Source of the DNA: an uncultured delta proteobacterium
Lineage (GTDB): Bacteria; Myxococcota_A; Polyangia; Polyangiales; Polyangiaceae
Direction of reading: 5' to 3'
Assembly (NCBI GenBank): GCA_963841435.1
Contig: CAWJCS010000005.1
Location: forward strand, 608,001 to 672,000
Length of the DNA: 64,000 nt
Shown: positions 22,626-32,285 of the stretch, piece by piece
Numbering within the stretch: position 1 is the stretch's first letter
How the letters are laid out: every line of letters begins with the position of its first letter
Position numbers and translations under genes: made by a program
Notes under the pieces: model-generated
Told to the model about the DNA's origin: nothing
Databases searched by the model: none
What the model saw: the letters and a program-made list of their open reading frames with translations, nothing else

Positions 22626-22943
22626 ATGACGAAGAGCGAACTCATCGAGGCCATTGCGGCCCGAGGCGAGCTCACGAAAGCTCGCGCCGAGCTGGTGGTC
22701 AATTGCGTGTTCGAAGCGATGACCGAAGCGCTCCAGAAGGGGGAAGGCATTGAAATCCGGGGGTATGGAAGCTTCACGGTGCGCCCCTACAAGCCATACG
22801 CCGGTCGCAACCCGCGCACCGGCCAGCCCGTGCCGGTTCCGGCGAAGCGGCTGCCGTTCTTCAAAGTTGGCAAGGAACTGAAAGAGCTCGTGAACGGCAG
22901 CCGGCATATCCCCATCACCGGCGGCAGCGACGGCGACGACTGA
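22626..22943 (+). CDS. ihfB: Integration host factor beta / HU-family DNA-binding protein
   Basis: MTKSELIE, IEIRGYGSF, GRNPRTG, PFFKVGKELKE are IHF-beta-like. Confidence 0.85.
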   Translation: MTKSELIEAIAARGELTKARAELVVNCVFEAMTEALQKGEGIEIRGYGSFTVRPYKPYAGRNPRTGQPVPVPAKRLPFFKVGKELKELVNGSRHIPITGGSDGDD

Positions 22944-22966
22944 CCCTGAGGATCCGAGCTTAGCTC

Positions 22967-23977
22967 GTGCGCGCCCTGGCGATCGCTGCGTCCCTGGCAC
23001 TCAGTGTGGGGTGTGCCGGTCCTAAGTCCGCCCCTCGGGCGCCGACACCAATCGTCGCGGAGCGCCCTGGGGTACTCGGGCACGTCCCCGCCGCCGGGCT
23101 CGAGTGGCTGGCGTTCGTGCGGCCGGCCGCGATCGAAAAGCGCGAGGACATTGCCTCTTTAATCAAGGAAATCGCAACGGAGGAACGCCTTGCCGCGTTC
23201 GAGGCCACGGTGGGCATCGACCTCGAAAAGGTGCGCGGGCTCGCCGTGGCCAGCTTCGGTCCCGGGACGCTCTACGTCGCCGATCTCGGAGCACCCAGCG
23301 CCCCCCTGGCGCGAGAACAGTTCGCAGATCGGCTGGACGGCGGTGGACTCTCGCGCAAGACAAAGGCGAACGTTCATCGCGTGTTCGGCACGATCCACGG
23401 CGAGCCGGTCGCAATGGTGTCGGTCGACGACGACTTCGTCGCGGTCGCGAAGAACGACACGTCGCTGGCGCGCATCGTCGAAGCGTACTCGGCGCATCGC
23501 TTGCGCTCACCAACGGCCCTGCACGGTGTCGCGCTCCGGGGGCTCCCCGGGCCGCCGGCGGACGCGCTGGCCGCCTTCTATGCCGCGTACCCATTCGGTG
23601 AGGACGCGGAGCGCGCAGCCAGCGGCCTGTTGCGCAAAGCGTCCGCCGCGTCGCTCGTGGCACGGGGCGGCGCGCCAGGCGTCCTCGAGCTCACGCTGTC
23701 GCTGGCGGGCGACTTCGCGCCGTCCCCAGAGCGCGCCGCCGCCGACGTCGCCCGCGCGTGGCAGGAGCTCTGCTCGACCTCGTTCGGCACCCTCCTCGCG
23801 CTCGACCAGGCGAGCACACCAGAAATTAATTCAGACTTACATCTACTTACACTGTCCACTCGCATGCCGTTACGGCCGCTGGTCCGGGTCATCGCCGCGA
23901 CGATCGACGGGGACGTGCATGAAATCTTTGACGTTGTACCCAGTCCTCCAGCGCCAGCTCCCGCGGACCCCCGGTAG
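22967..23977 (+). CDS. Hypothetical lipoprotein
   Basis: Lipobox VGC after a hydrophobic stretch; coding-like composition. Confidence 0.75.
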   Translation: MRALAIAASLALSVGCAGPKSAPRAPTPIVAERPGVLGHVPAAGLEWLAFVRPAAIEKREDIASLIKEIATEERLAAFEATVGIDLEKVRGLAVASFGPGTLYVADLGAPSAPLAREQFADRLDGGGLSRKTKANVHRVFGTIHGEPVAMVSVDDDFVAVAKNDTSLARIVEAYSAHRLRSPTALHGVALRGLPGPPADALAAFYAAYPFGEDAERAASGLLRKASAASLVARGGAPGVLELTLSLAGDFAPSPERAAADVARAWQELCSTSFGTLLALDQASTPEINSDLHLLTLSTRMPLRPLVRVIAATIDGDVHEIFDVVPSPPAPAPADPR

Positions 23978-24059
23978 ACCTAATGGCCGGCCTGCCGTGG
24001 CGTGCCCGATAACTGCAGCGATTTCGGGCGGCTGTGGCGCCGGAAGCCTCGCAGCGCAA

Positions 24060-24089
24060 TTGACCTGGGGCCACCGAGAATGGTACGAA
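24060..24089 (+). promoter_or_regulatory. Putative sigma70-type promoter for cdnL
   Basis: TTGACC-18 nt-TACGAA with TG extension, leaving a leader of about 155 nt. Confidence 0.4.
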
Positions 24090-24250
24090 TCCCGCCGTGC
24101 TGCACCGCAAAGGTCGGAACGGAGGCTGACTCGGCCCACGCGACTTTGGCAGACGCAGGGCGGACCGCGCTAACCCCAAAAGCGGATTCGACCCTTTCCA
24201 AGATGCGAATCGCCCCGCAACAGCGTGCTGCGGCGGCCCGAGGAGGCGGA

Positions 24251-24814
24251 ATGCAATCTACCGTCAATGCAACAGCGGCCCGCAACAGTTTCAAGGTCGG
24301 CGACATGGCCGTCCATCCGAGCCACGGTGTCGGCGAGGTCGAGCGGCTCGAAGAGCGCGACTTCGGCGGGAAAGCAACGTCCTGTTACGTCATCAAGATC
24401 CGTGACACCGGTCTCAAGGTGATGATCCCCACGGACGCGACCGAGCGGGTGGGCCTCAGGCCGGTCATGAAGAAGAAAGAGGCTCTGAAGATCCTCGACA
24501 TCTTGCGCGCCCCCGAGGTCGCGGTCAACGTTCAGCCTTGGAACCGCCGATTTCGGGCCTACACCGAAATGCTCAAAAGCGGGCAGCCGTCGGAGATCGC
24601 AAAGGTTCTCCGCGACATGTACCGCCTGAAGTTCGACAAGGACCTCTCCTTCGGTGAGCGGCGATTGCTCGACCAGGCGCGCAGCTTGCTCGTCCAGGAG
24701 CTCGCGCTTGCCAAGAAGGTCGCCCCCTCCGCCATGGAGGGGGAAATTCAGCAGAATCTTCTCGGCGTGACCCGAAAAGGCCCGTCCCGTGGCAAGGTCC
24801 ACGGCGGGCCATGA
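24251..24814 (+). CDS. cdnL: CarD/CdnL-family RNA polymerase-binding protein
   Basis: FKVGDMAVHPSHGVG, VGLRPV, WNRRFR, IAKVLRDM, LSFGERRLLDQARSLL; SD GAGGAGG. Removing one A at 24755 gives a more typical end QIFSA* at 24770. Confidence 0.9.
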   Translation: MQSTVNATAARNSFKVGDMAVHPSHGVGEVERLEERDFGGKATSCYVIKIRDTGLKVMIPTDATERVGLRPVMKKKEALKILDILRAPEVAVNVQPWNRRFRAYTEMLKSGQPSEIAKVLRDMYRLKFDKDLSFGERRLLDQARSLLVQELALAKKVAPSAMEGEIQQNLLGVTRKGPSRGKVHGGP

Positions 24815-25377
24815 AAATCTACACGCGGACCGGGGACGACGGCACAACCGGGCTATTCGGCGGGGCTCGCGTCGAGAAGGACGAGCCCATCGTCGAGGCG
24901 TATGGCTCCATCGACGAGCTGAACGCCTGCCTCGGCATGGTCACCGCTGCGCTCGCCGAGGGCGTAACGCGGACGAGGCTCGTCTCGATCCAGAGCGACC
25001 TGTTCCGGCTGGGCGCGGAGCTCGGGTGCGCGCCGGGCAAGGAAGACAAGCTCGGGCTCACGCTGCTCGGCGCCGAGGACGTGGCACGGCTCGAGGCGTT
25101 CATCGACGACGCCGAAAAGGGGGTTCCTGACCTCAAAACCTTCATCCTGCCGGGTGGGTCCGAGGCCGGCGCGCGCCTGCACCAGGCAAGGACCGTCTGC
25201 CGGCGCGCCGAACGGCGTGTGCACGCTGCACGGCGGGCGCGCACGATCCGCCGCGAGGTCATCATTTACCTGAACCGGCTAGGCGATCTGTTGTTCGTCT
25301 GGGCTCGGCTCGCAAACTTTTCCGAAAAGGCGCCGGAGATCCCCTGGCCCGTCAACAGCGGGGGCGGCGCCTCGTGA
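24811..25377 (+). CDS. Cob(I)alamin adenosyltransferase, PduO type
   Basis: KIYTRTGDDGTT, YGSIDELNA, FILPGG, RTVCRRAER, YLNRLGDLLF. Confidence 0.93.
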   Translation: MKIYTRTGDDGTTGLFGGARVEKDEPIVEAYGSIDELNACLGMVTAALAEGVTRTRLVSIQSDLFRLGAELGCAPGKEDKLGLTLLGAEDVARLEAFIDDAEKGVPDLKTFILPGGSEAGARLHQARTVCRRAERRVHAARRARTIRREVIIYLNRLGDLLFVWARLANFSEKAPEIPWPVNSGGGAS

Positions 25378-25414
25378 CGCAGGGGCCCGTTTCCTCGGGG
25401 TCGGGCCGGACACC

Positions 25415-26872
25415 ATGCTGAGCCCGGGCGACATAGTGGGCGGCAAGTACCGCATCGTGCGTCTGATCGGCGATGGGGGCATGGGCAGCGTGTACGAGGC
25501 GCGTCACGAACGGCTCGGCACGGCCGTCGCGCTCAAGTTCCTGCACGCCGACATCGCCGACCGTCCGGGGCTCTCGGAGCGCTTCCTCCAGGAGGCCAAG
25601 GTCGCCGCGGCCATCGTGAGCCCACATGTCGCACACGTCACCGACATGGATGCGGGACCCGACGGCCAGCCGTACCTCGTGCTCGAGCTCGTCGTCGGAG
25701 AATCGCTCGAGGACCTGCTCGAGCGCGAGCACAAGCTGCCGCTCGAGCGAGCCATCGACTTCTCCACGCAAATCGCGGCGGGCCTCGAAGCCGCCCACGC
25801 CATCGGCGTCGTGCACCGCGATCTCAAGCCCAGCAACGTGCTCGTGACGCAGGGCACGACCGGACCCCTGCTCAAGGTGATCGACTTCGGGATCGCCAAG
25901 CTGCGCGAGACGCCCGGCGCCCGCGGCCTCACGCGCGCAGGCGTCCTGCTCGGAACTCCCGAGTACATGCCGCCCGAGCAGCTGTTTTCGGCGAGCGAGG
26001 TCGACGCACGCGCCGACGTCTACGCGCTCGGTGTGATGTTGTTCGAGATGCTGAGCGGCCGGCGGCCCGCCGAGGCCGAGGGCGCCCAGGCCATCGTGGG
26101 CAAAGTGCTGGCGGGCGATGTCCTGTCACTCGCGGCGCTCGAGCCGGCCCTTCCTGCGCCGCTCGTCAACGTCGTAGAACGCGCCACCGCAGGCGACCGC
26201 GATCGACGCTTCGCGAGCATTCGCGAATTTTCTGCGGCGCTCGCGCCGTTTTCCCACGGCGGACCGCCGCCGCAGACGATCGCGCCCGAACCACCGGCAT
26301 TCGGCAAGGGCTCGACCCAGGACGCGCCCCCGCTCGGCCCCGGACTTTCGCCCGGAGCGGTTCGCGTCTCCATTCCCGTGGCGCCACCGACACATCGACC
26401 AACGGGCAGGCCACGCCGAGCGCGCAGCGTCGCCGTGCTCGCGCTCGTGCTCCTGCTCGTCGCCCTCGCCGCCGGCGCGGTCGCGCTCCTCGTCGTAGGG
26501 AATGCGCCAACCGAGCCGCCACCGTTGCCGACGGCGAATCTACCTCCCGAGACACCGTTCGTCGCCGAGGTGCCCGAGGTGACACCCGCGCCACCTGCAC
26601 CGCCCGGCGTCACACCCACGACACCCCACACCACGCCGGGCAGACCTCCCGCAACCGCCGCCGCTACCGGCGCGACGGCTCCGGACGGCGGCACCTTTCC
26701 GATCCCGCCGCTCACGTTCCCGAGCACGCTGCCTCCCCTGCCGTCGGTTCTTGCGCTGCCCTCCACATTTCCCACGACGCTGCCGACGGCGTTCCCGACC
26801 ACGTTCCCCGGCCTACCCATGCCGGGTCAGGCACCGGCCCAGCCACCCAAGGTCCCGACCGATGGTGGATGA
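25415..26872 (+). CDS. Membrane Ser/Thr protein kinase (Hanks type)
   Basis: GDGGMGSVY, VALK, HRDLKPSN, DFG, GTPEYMPPE; TM helix and Pro/Thr-rich tail. Confidence 0.95.
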   Translation: MLSPGDIVGGKYRIVRLIGDGGMGSVYEARHERLGTAVALKFLHADIADRPGLSERFLQEAKVAAAIVSPHVAHVTDMDAGPDGQPYLVLELVVGESLEDLLEREHKLPLERAIDFSTQIAAGLEAAHAIGVVHRDLKPSNVLVTQGTTGPLLKVIDFGIAKLRETPGARGLTRAGVLLGTPEYMPPEQLFSASEVDARADVYALGVMLFEMLSGRRPAEAEGAQAIVGKVLAGDVLSLAALEPALPAPLVNVVERATAGDRDRRFASIREFSAALAPFSHGGPPPQTIAPEPPAFGKGSTQDAPPLGPGLSPGAVRVSIPVAPPTHRPTGRPRRARSVAVLALVLLLVALAAGAVALLVVGNAPTEPPPLPTANLPPETPFVAEVPEVTPAPPAPPGVTPTTPHTTPGRPPATAAATGATAPDGGTFPIPPLTFPSTLPPLPSVLALPSTFPTTLPTAFPTTFPGLPMPGQAPAQPPKVPTDGG

Positions 26873-26943
26873 TCGAAAGCCCGAAGGTCACTTGCTCGAC
26901 ACGCGCCCGAAATCGGCCATACGCTAAGGCTTATTTGGCTGCC

Positions 26944-27732
26944 ATGCCAAACGCCCTGGCGAGACTCCCCGTGACCGGCACTGCCCCGCCCCCCGCTGAT
27001 TTCCGCGAATCTCTGCCTGAGAGCTATCGCCGCAACTTCGATCTCCAAGCAAGCGAGGCGCACGCGCTCGTCTCGGCCGAGCGCGGGGCCCGAGCGGCTA
27101 ACGTGGGCATCTTCCCGTCGAACCGGACGGGCACCGCCCTCTGCGTGGTCGCCGACGACCGCCCGGGTCTGCTCGCGACGATGAGCGCGGCGCTCGTGCT
27201 CGCCCACCTCGATGTCATCGAGGCGGAGGCGTACAATCGCAAGCTCTTCGAGCATCCCGACGAGGCGGTAGACGTCTTTTGGGTTCGTCACGATCCCACG
27301 TCGAATCGGACGGGGCCGGTCGGTCCGGAGTACGTGGCGGAGTTTCGCGACACGCTGATCGGGCTCCTCGAGGGCAAGGTCGATCGTGGCTCGCTCGCCG
27401 ACGCCACGGGCCATACGGGTGTCACGCCGTCTGCCGCGGAGACGGTCGTGCGCTTCCTCGAGGATCGTCAGGGAGCCTTCGCGACGCTCGAAGTCGAGAC
27501 GGGCGATCGGTCGGGCCTCCTGCTTGCCCTGGCCCAGGCCCTGTTCCAGCAGCGCGTGCAGATCATTGCATCGCAGGTGAAGACCAACGGCACCCGCGTC
27601 TTCGACCGTTTCAGCATCGTCGAGCTCGACGGCTCCCCCATTGGCCCGAGTCGCCGCCTCGAGATCCAGGTGGCCGTGCTGAGCGCCGTGGATCCCGTCA
27701 CCCTCGCTCGTCCAGCTCCCGCCGAAGCGTGA
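26944..27732 (+). CDS. Stand-alone tandem ACT-domain protein resembling the GlnD C-terminus
   Basis: DDRPGLLA...AVDVFWV and LEVETGDRSGLL...TNGTRVFDRF; no nucleotidyltransferase or HD domain. Confidence 0.8.
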   Translation: MPNALARLPVTGTAPPPADFRESLPESYRRNFDLQASEAHALVSAERGARAANVGIFPSNRTGTALCVVADDRPGLLATMSAALVLAHLDVIEAEAYNRKLFEHPDEAVDVFWVRHDPTSNRTGPVGPEYVAEFRDTLIGLLEGKVDRGSLADATGHTGVTPSAAETVVRFLEDRQGAFATLEVETGDRSGLLLALAQALFQQRVQIIASQVKTNGTRVFDRFSIVELDGSPIGPSRRLEIQVAVLSAVDPVTLARPAPAEA

Positions 27733-27928
27733 CCGCGGGGCAACCGCGCGGCGGCTGGCTGGAGGCACCGTGGCGGCCCCACGGCGCTGAATCCAGCGGA
27801 AAGAAAAAATAACGCCACGACGCGACGCGCCCTCGAACCGTCGGCTCAGGCGCTGGTTGGGACGCTTGGGGTACTAGGCTAAGGTGCGGCGGCGGCCCAG
27901 CGTGAGCCCGGCCGCGGGAGAATCGTCG

Positions 27929-28912
27929 ATGACCATGAGTCCTACTCGTTCCTTCGTTTCGCTTGGCGTGATCGGCGCCCTGTGCGTCTTCGCGGCCTGC
28001 AGCAGTGATAAAACCGACAGCAAGAAGACAAGCTCGGGCGTCGGAGGGACGGGGACGGCCGGCAGCGCCGTCGGCGGCACGGTAGGCGCTGGGACAGGCG
28101 GAGTGGGCGGAACAGCAGGGTTGGGTGGGACAGCTGGCATGCCCCCGGGCGGCGCTGCAGGCAGCCTGGCAGGAACTGGCGGTATCGCTGGGGCGGGGAT
28201 GGCCGGCATCGCCGGGATCTCGGGGACTGCGGGCGCTGGCGCTGGCGGGATCTCGGGTGATGGCGGCACGCCGGGTGGCGGTACGGCAGGTGGCGGCACG
28301 GCAGGTGGCGGCACCGCGGGCACCGGCGAAGGTGGCGAAGGCGGCCAAGGCTCCTGCATGCCCCACGACGGCACCCTTTACGACGGCGCCGCAGCCTTCG
28401 ACGACCCGGGAACGACGAGCGGCTGGGTGCTGGCCCCTGAAACCGGCAACCTCGGCGGGCTCGGCGACGGGTTCATCCAACGCAACCTCACCGAGGGTCA
28501 CCTCTGCCCGGGCGCGCTTGCGGCGACGATCCCGTTCACCGTGTACGGGGGCACGGAGAAGGCGAGCGTCGAAAGGACGATGGACCTCGACTGGACCGGG
28601 AAGACCACGATGCACGTCTGGGTGAGGATTGGAGACCCTGGCACGGGCAACATTTCCTACCTGAACGGGATACAGCTCTTCGTGCAGTCGATGAGCTACG
28701 CCGTCTACTCTCCGCAGTTCGTGAGCGCCGCTACCTTCGACGACTTCGCCTGGCACGAGATCGTGCTCGACCTCACGGCGACCCCCGCCGTGGTCCTCGA
28801 TAGCGTGAACAAGCTCGGCATCCAGGTCCTCGCCCAGGAGTCTCGCCCGCCGAGCGCGCCAGCGGCTCCGATGACGACCGTCGTGTACATCGACGACGTG
28901 TACGTCGAGTAG
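27929..28912 (+). CDS. Gly-linker lipoprotein with a C-terminal beta-sandwich (CBM-like) domain
   Basis: Lipobox FAAC, ~100-aa Gly linker, then LDWTGKTTMHVWVRI...WHEIVLDL...VYIDDVYVE. Confidence 0.7.
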   Translation: MTMSPTRSFVSLGVIGALCVFAACSSDKTDSKKTSSGVGGTGTAGSAVGGTVGAGTGGVGGTAGLGGTAGMPPGGAAGSLAGTGGIAGAGMAGIAGISGTAGAGAGGISGDGGTPGGGTAGGGTAGGGTAGTGEGGEGGQGSCMPHDGTLYDGAAAFDDPGTTSGWVLAPETGNLGGLGDGFIQRNLTEGHLCPGALAATIPFTVYGGTEKASVERTMDLDWTGKTTMHVWVRIGDPGTGNISYLNGIQLFVQSMSYAVYSPQFVSAATFDDFAWHEIVLDLTATPAVVLDSVNKLGIQVLAQESRPPSAPAAPMTTVVYIDDVYVE

Positions 28913-28922
28913 TCGCCACCTT

Positions 28923-31022
28923 TTACAAGAGCTCGAGGAACGCCGCGAGATCCGCGCGTTCTTCGGCTGCGAACGCGCGAAGGTCGGCGCGACCCGTGCC
29001 CCCGGCGTGAAAAAGCTCACGGTCCGAAAAGCGCACGCGCTCGAGCACATCGTCGAGCGTCGGGCTCAGCCCTCGCGTCAGGTAGGGTCGCTTCAGATAC
29101 AGGCGCCTGAGCGACGGGATGCGGGTACCGCGCGGGTCAACGTACGGCTCGACGCCGGTCTTTTCGTAGTCGCCGCGGGCCCACACGACGGGGCCTTCCG
29201 CGGAGAGCACGAGCTCTTCCCAGCGCTCGAACGGCACCTCGCTTTCGGGGTCGTCCGCCACGAGCCGCGGGGCATGACAGCGCTCGCAGCGACGGCGAAA
29301 GAGCAGGGCCCCGCGAGCCTCGCTCGCGTCGAAGCGCGGCGCCGGTCGCGCGAGCACGGCGGGATTTTCCTCGTGCGTGAAGCGCGCGAGAAATTCGAGC
29401 AGGGCGCGCCGGAGCTCGAGCGGACCGAGCGTGCGCTTCTCGATGCCGAGCGCGCTGAGCCAGGGGAACTCCGCCACGTCGAGCGAGAACCAAGGATCGA
29501 CGGGGTTGCCTCGGCTCGCGACCCGAAATTCGTTGTCGCAGACGGAGGTGAGATCCCAATCGTGGGCGCGCGAAAAGTGCGGCGCGTCGTTGAACAGGCC
29601 GAACAGGCCTCGGGTGCTGACCCGCACGTCGCCGCGACCCGTGTGATGGACGCGGCCGTCCGCGCCGCCTTCGAAGTGACACGTCTCGCAGGTGAAGCGG
29701 CTCAGGCGACCTCGGCTCGACGCGCGGGGCGCCATCAGCGTCGTGAAAAAGAGCGCTTCACCGAGCCGTTCGCGCGCCGATGGGTCGCGGGGCTCCGCGG
29801 GCCGCACGGCGTGGATCTCGGGATCGTGCCCGAGCGCGACCCACGCGTCGAGCAGCGGATCGGCGCAAACCAACGCGTCCGGCTCACTCGCTGCGTCCGC
29901 GCAGCCCGGCACGGCGGGCCGCGTGCGAACGCTGGGTGCCCCCGGGGTTTCCGGTGGCGCGCTCCACGAAAGTTCCAGACGCTCGGCGCTACCGTAGCCG
30001 AGCAGGGTCGCTTCGAGGCCGGCACCTCGTTGCCGGAGCCTCACGACCTTGGGCGTGACGAGGCCGAGCGCGGACGTGTTGACGCTCGAAACCTCGTTTA
30101 GGGTCCGACGCGCGCCGAGCCGGTAGAGCCAGACGAACGAATCGACGTAGCCGAACGCCCTATCGCGGCGCTCGAGCGGATGGTTCTCGACACCCCCTGC
30201 CGCGACCCAGAGCGCGCCGTCACTTTCGAGCAGCGAAAGGCCCCAGAAGGGTCCGTCGTGAACGACCCGCGACACCTCGCGCCCGGGACGCCCCACTTCG
30301 TCGCGCTCGAGCACGACGAGCGCGTGGTCGAACAGGCAGAGCACGCCAGCGTAGCGCGGCGACAGCGCGAGCCGAATCGGACCGCGGCAGCTTCGCGACG
30401 CCGTCACGGAAACCTCGGCACCGCGCGTCGCGAGCTCCGGCACGGAGAACGAAAGCAAGCTGTCAGCGCCGAAGTCCGCGACGACGACGGCTCGCTCGTC
30501 CGCAGCGAGCGCCCGCGGGACGCGCGCCGACCCGAGCGGGACCGATGCTCCCGGCGCGAGCTCGCCGCCCAGCACGCGATACGTCGCGACGCGACGCTCG
30601 AGCGGCCCCACGACGAACAAAGTGCCGTCGGGCGAGGCCGCAAGGGCGCTCGGTGACGTTGGCGCTTCGACCGAGCTTTTTGTCCGGAGCCGCTCGTCGA
30701 GCAAGACGATGCGCGAGTCACCGCGCAGGATCCCCGCGAAGCGCGGGGCGAGACCGTTCGCCGGACCAGTGCCACCAAGCGCGACGATCGCCACGGGGTT
30801 CGCGCCCAACGCGCGGCTCGACGGCGGCTGGTCCGAAAAGTCGGTGGCGCGCCTGAGCGTGCGCTCTTCCCGCCTCAGCGAAGCGAGCGCGAGCTCGACG
30901 CGGCTCGAGCCCTCGGCGGGGCGTGCTCGCGGCGCGCCCGGGCGCGTCCTCGTGAGCGCGCCCTGCTCGCGACAGCCCGCGACCGCGAGCGAAAAGAGAA
31001 GGACGAGCCCGAGGGCGCGCAC
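28923..31022 (-). CDS. Lipoprotein with beta-propeller-like region and diheme cytochrome c (peroxidase/MauG-like) domain
   Basis: Lipobox VAGC; LGEALFF...CETCH, RGALLF...CERCH, IPSLRRL..KRPYL. Confidence 0.75.
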   Translation of the reverse strand: MRALGLVLLFSLAVAGCREQGALTRTRPGAPRARPAEGSSRVELALASLRREERTLRRATDFSDQPPSSRALGANPVAIVALGGTGPANGLAPRFAGILRGDSRIVLLDERLRTKSSVEAPTSPSALAASPDGTLFVVGPLERRVATYRVLGGELAPGASVPLGSARVPRALAADERAVVVADFGADSLLSFSVPELATRGAEVSVTASRSCRGPIRLALSPRYAGVLCLFDHALVVLERDEVGRPGREVSRVVHDGPFWGLSLLESDGALWVAAGGVENHPLERRDRAFGYVDSFVWLYRLGARRTLNEVSSVNTSALGLVTPKVVRLRQRGAGLEATLLGYGSAERLELSWSAPPETPGAPSVRTRPAVPGCADAASEPDALVCADPLLDAWVALGHDPEIHAVRPAEPRDPSARERLGEALFFTTLMAPRASSRGRLSRFTCETCHFEGGADGRVHHTGRGDVRVSTRGLFGLFNDAPHFSRAHDWDLTSVCDNEFRVASRGNPVDPWFSLDVAEFPWLSALGIEKRTLGPLELRRALLEFLARFTHEENPAVLARPAPRFDASEARGALLFRRRCERCHAPRLVADDPESEVPFERWEELVLSAEGPVVWARGDYEKTGVEPYVDPRGTRIPSLRRLYLKRPYLTRGLSPTLDDVLERVRFSDRELFHAGGTGRADLRAFAAEERADLAAFLELL

Positions 31023-31032
31023 CGGGCCCCCC

Positions 31033-32205
31033 TCAGAAAAAGTCCGCCATCGTGGGCGGCGGGCCCCCGAAAAGCGCACCCAGGAGGCCGAGCGAGCGAC
31101 CATCGGCGGTCAGCGCACCCGCGCGCAAAAGCTCGAGCGGGGACAGAAAGCCGGTGTAGAGCGCGGCGAGCGCCCGAACGTGCAGGCGCACGCTGCCCCG
31201 TCCGCCGCGGGTCGTCGTTGCGAGCCCATTTTCAATCTCGAGCCGGATGCGCCCTGCGTTCTCGGGCAGGATGTCGTCCGCGAGCTCGAAGTCGAGCAGA
31301 GCGGCGATGGGCGGGTACCCGCGGTCGACGAGAGCGCGCTCAACGTCCACGATCCGCAGCATGAAATGCTCCGCGAGCTCGATCCTCCCCGCCCGCTCCG
31401 GCAGCGCGAACAGCAGCGCGTCGGAGCCTGCACCGTAGGCGACGGCGCTCGAGAGCGTCGTCTGGTGGTCGGCGAGGAGCCGGAGCAACCGTGCGAGCGC
31501 CGCAGGCGTCTGTGCGACGAGATCGCTCAGCGCGAGCTCACGGCGATCCTCGGGGCCGCGCGCGGACAGGTAGGCGTAGCCCTCGACGTTGCCGTCCTCG
31601 CTTTCCGTGAGATAGCCGCGCGTCTCGCGTCCGCGAGGGTTCCTCACGCGGTCCCAAACGTAGTCGCCGCGATCGAGGTAGCCGTTGCGCTCGCTCGCGA
31701 CACGCCGATAGAGAGCCTCCACGGAGGCCGCGTCCGCGGCGACGATCGGCCGCACGCTCGGAAGACCCGTCGGTCGGCCGAGGCGCTGGCAGTCCAGCGT
31801 CCAGCGGAAGCGACTGCCCGCGAGCTCGTAGCCCGCGGCCCGGTACAGCGCGACGTTCGCCGGGTACAGGGTGCTGACGGCCGTGCTCTCACGACGCGCC
31901 GCGCGGAGCGACGAGCTGACGAGCTCGAGCGCGACCCCACGGCCGCGCGCTTCGGGTGCGACGGCCACGCCCGCGATGCCCACGTTCGAGACCGAGCGCG
32001 ACCCGAACCACTGCCCCATGGGGATCTCGAGCAACCCGCCAACGACCCCACCCTTCTGCCGCGCCACGCGAACCTTGGCGGAGCCGGCGCGCTCGAGCCA
32101 CGCCCGCGCATCCGCCATCGAAAATCCGAACGCCCAGCCAACGATGCTCGCGAGCGCGTCGAGCTCCGTGCCGGGGTCGAACAAGCCGATCTCGCTCGTT
32201 GTCAC
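31033..32205 (-). CDS. Eis-like GNAT acetyltransferase with C-terminal SCP2-like domain
   Basis: IAGVAVAPEARGRGVA, LYPA...LYRAAGYELAG, MLRIVDVERAL, LAALYTG. Confidence 0.88.
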   Translation of the reverse strand: MTTSEIGLFDPGTELDALASIVGWAFGFSMADARAWLERAGSAKVRVARQKGGVVGGLLEIPMGQWFGSRSVSNVGIAGVAVAPEARGRGVALELVSSSLRAARRESTAVSTLYPANVALYRAAGYELAGSRFRWTLDCQRLGRPTGLPSVRPIVAADAASVEALYRRVASERNGYLDRGDYVWDRVRNPRGRETRGYLTESEDGNVEGYAYLSARGPEDRRELALSDLVAQTPAALARLLRLLADHQTTLSSAVAYGAGSDALLFALPERAGRIELAEHFMLRIVDVERALVDRGYPPIAALLDFELADDILPENAGRIRLEIENGLATTTRGGRGSVRLHVRALAALYTGFLSPLELLRAGALTADGRSLGLLGALFGGPPPTMADFF

Positions 32206-32285
32206 GGTCCGCGCATCGTACCAGATGAACGACGCGGCGCCTCGTCACGCTGGCTGTCGCCCCCTCGGGGGCTACACTCTCGAGC

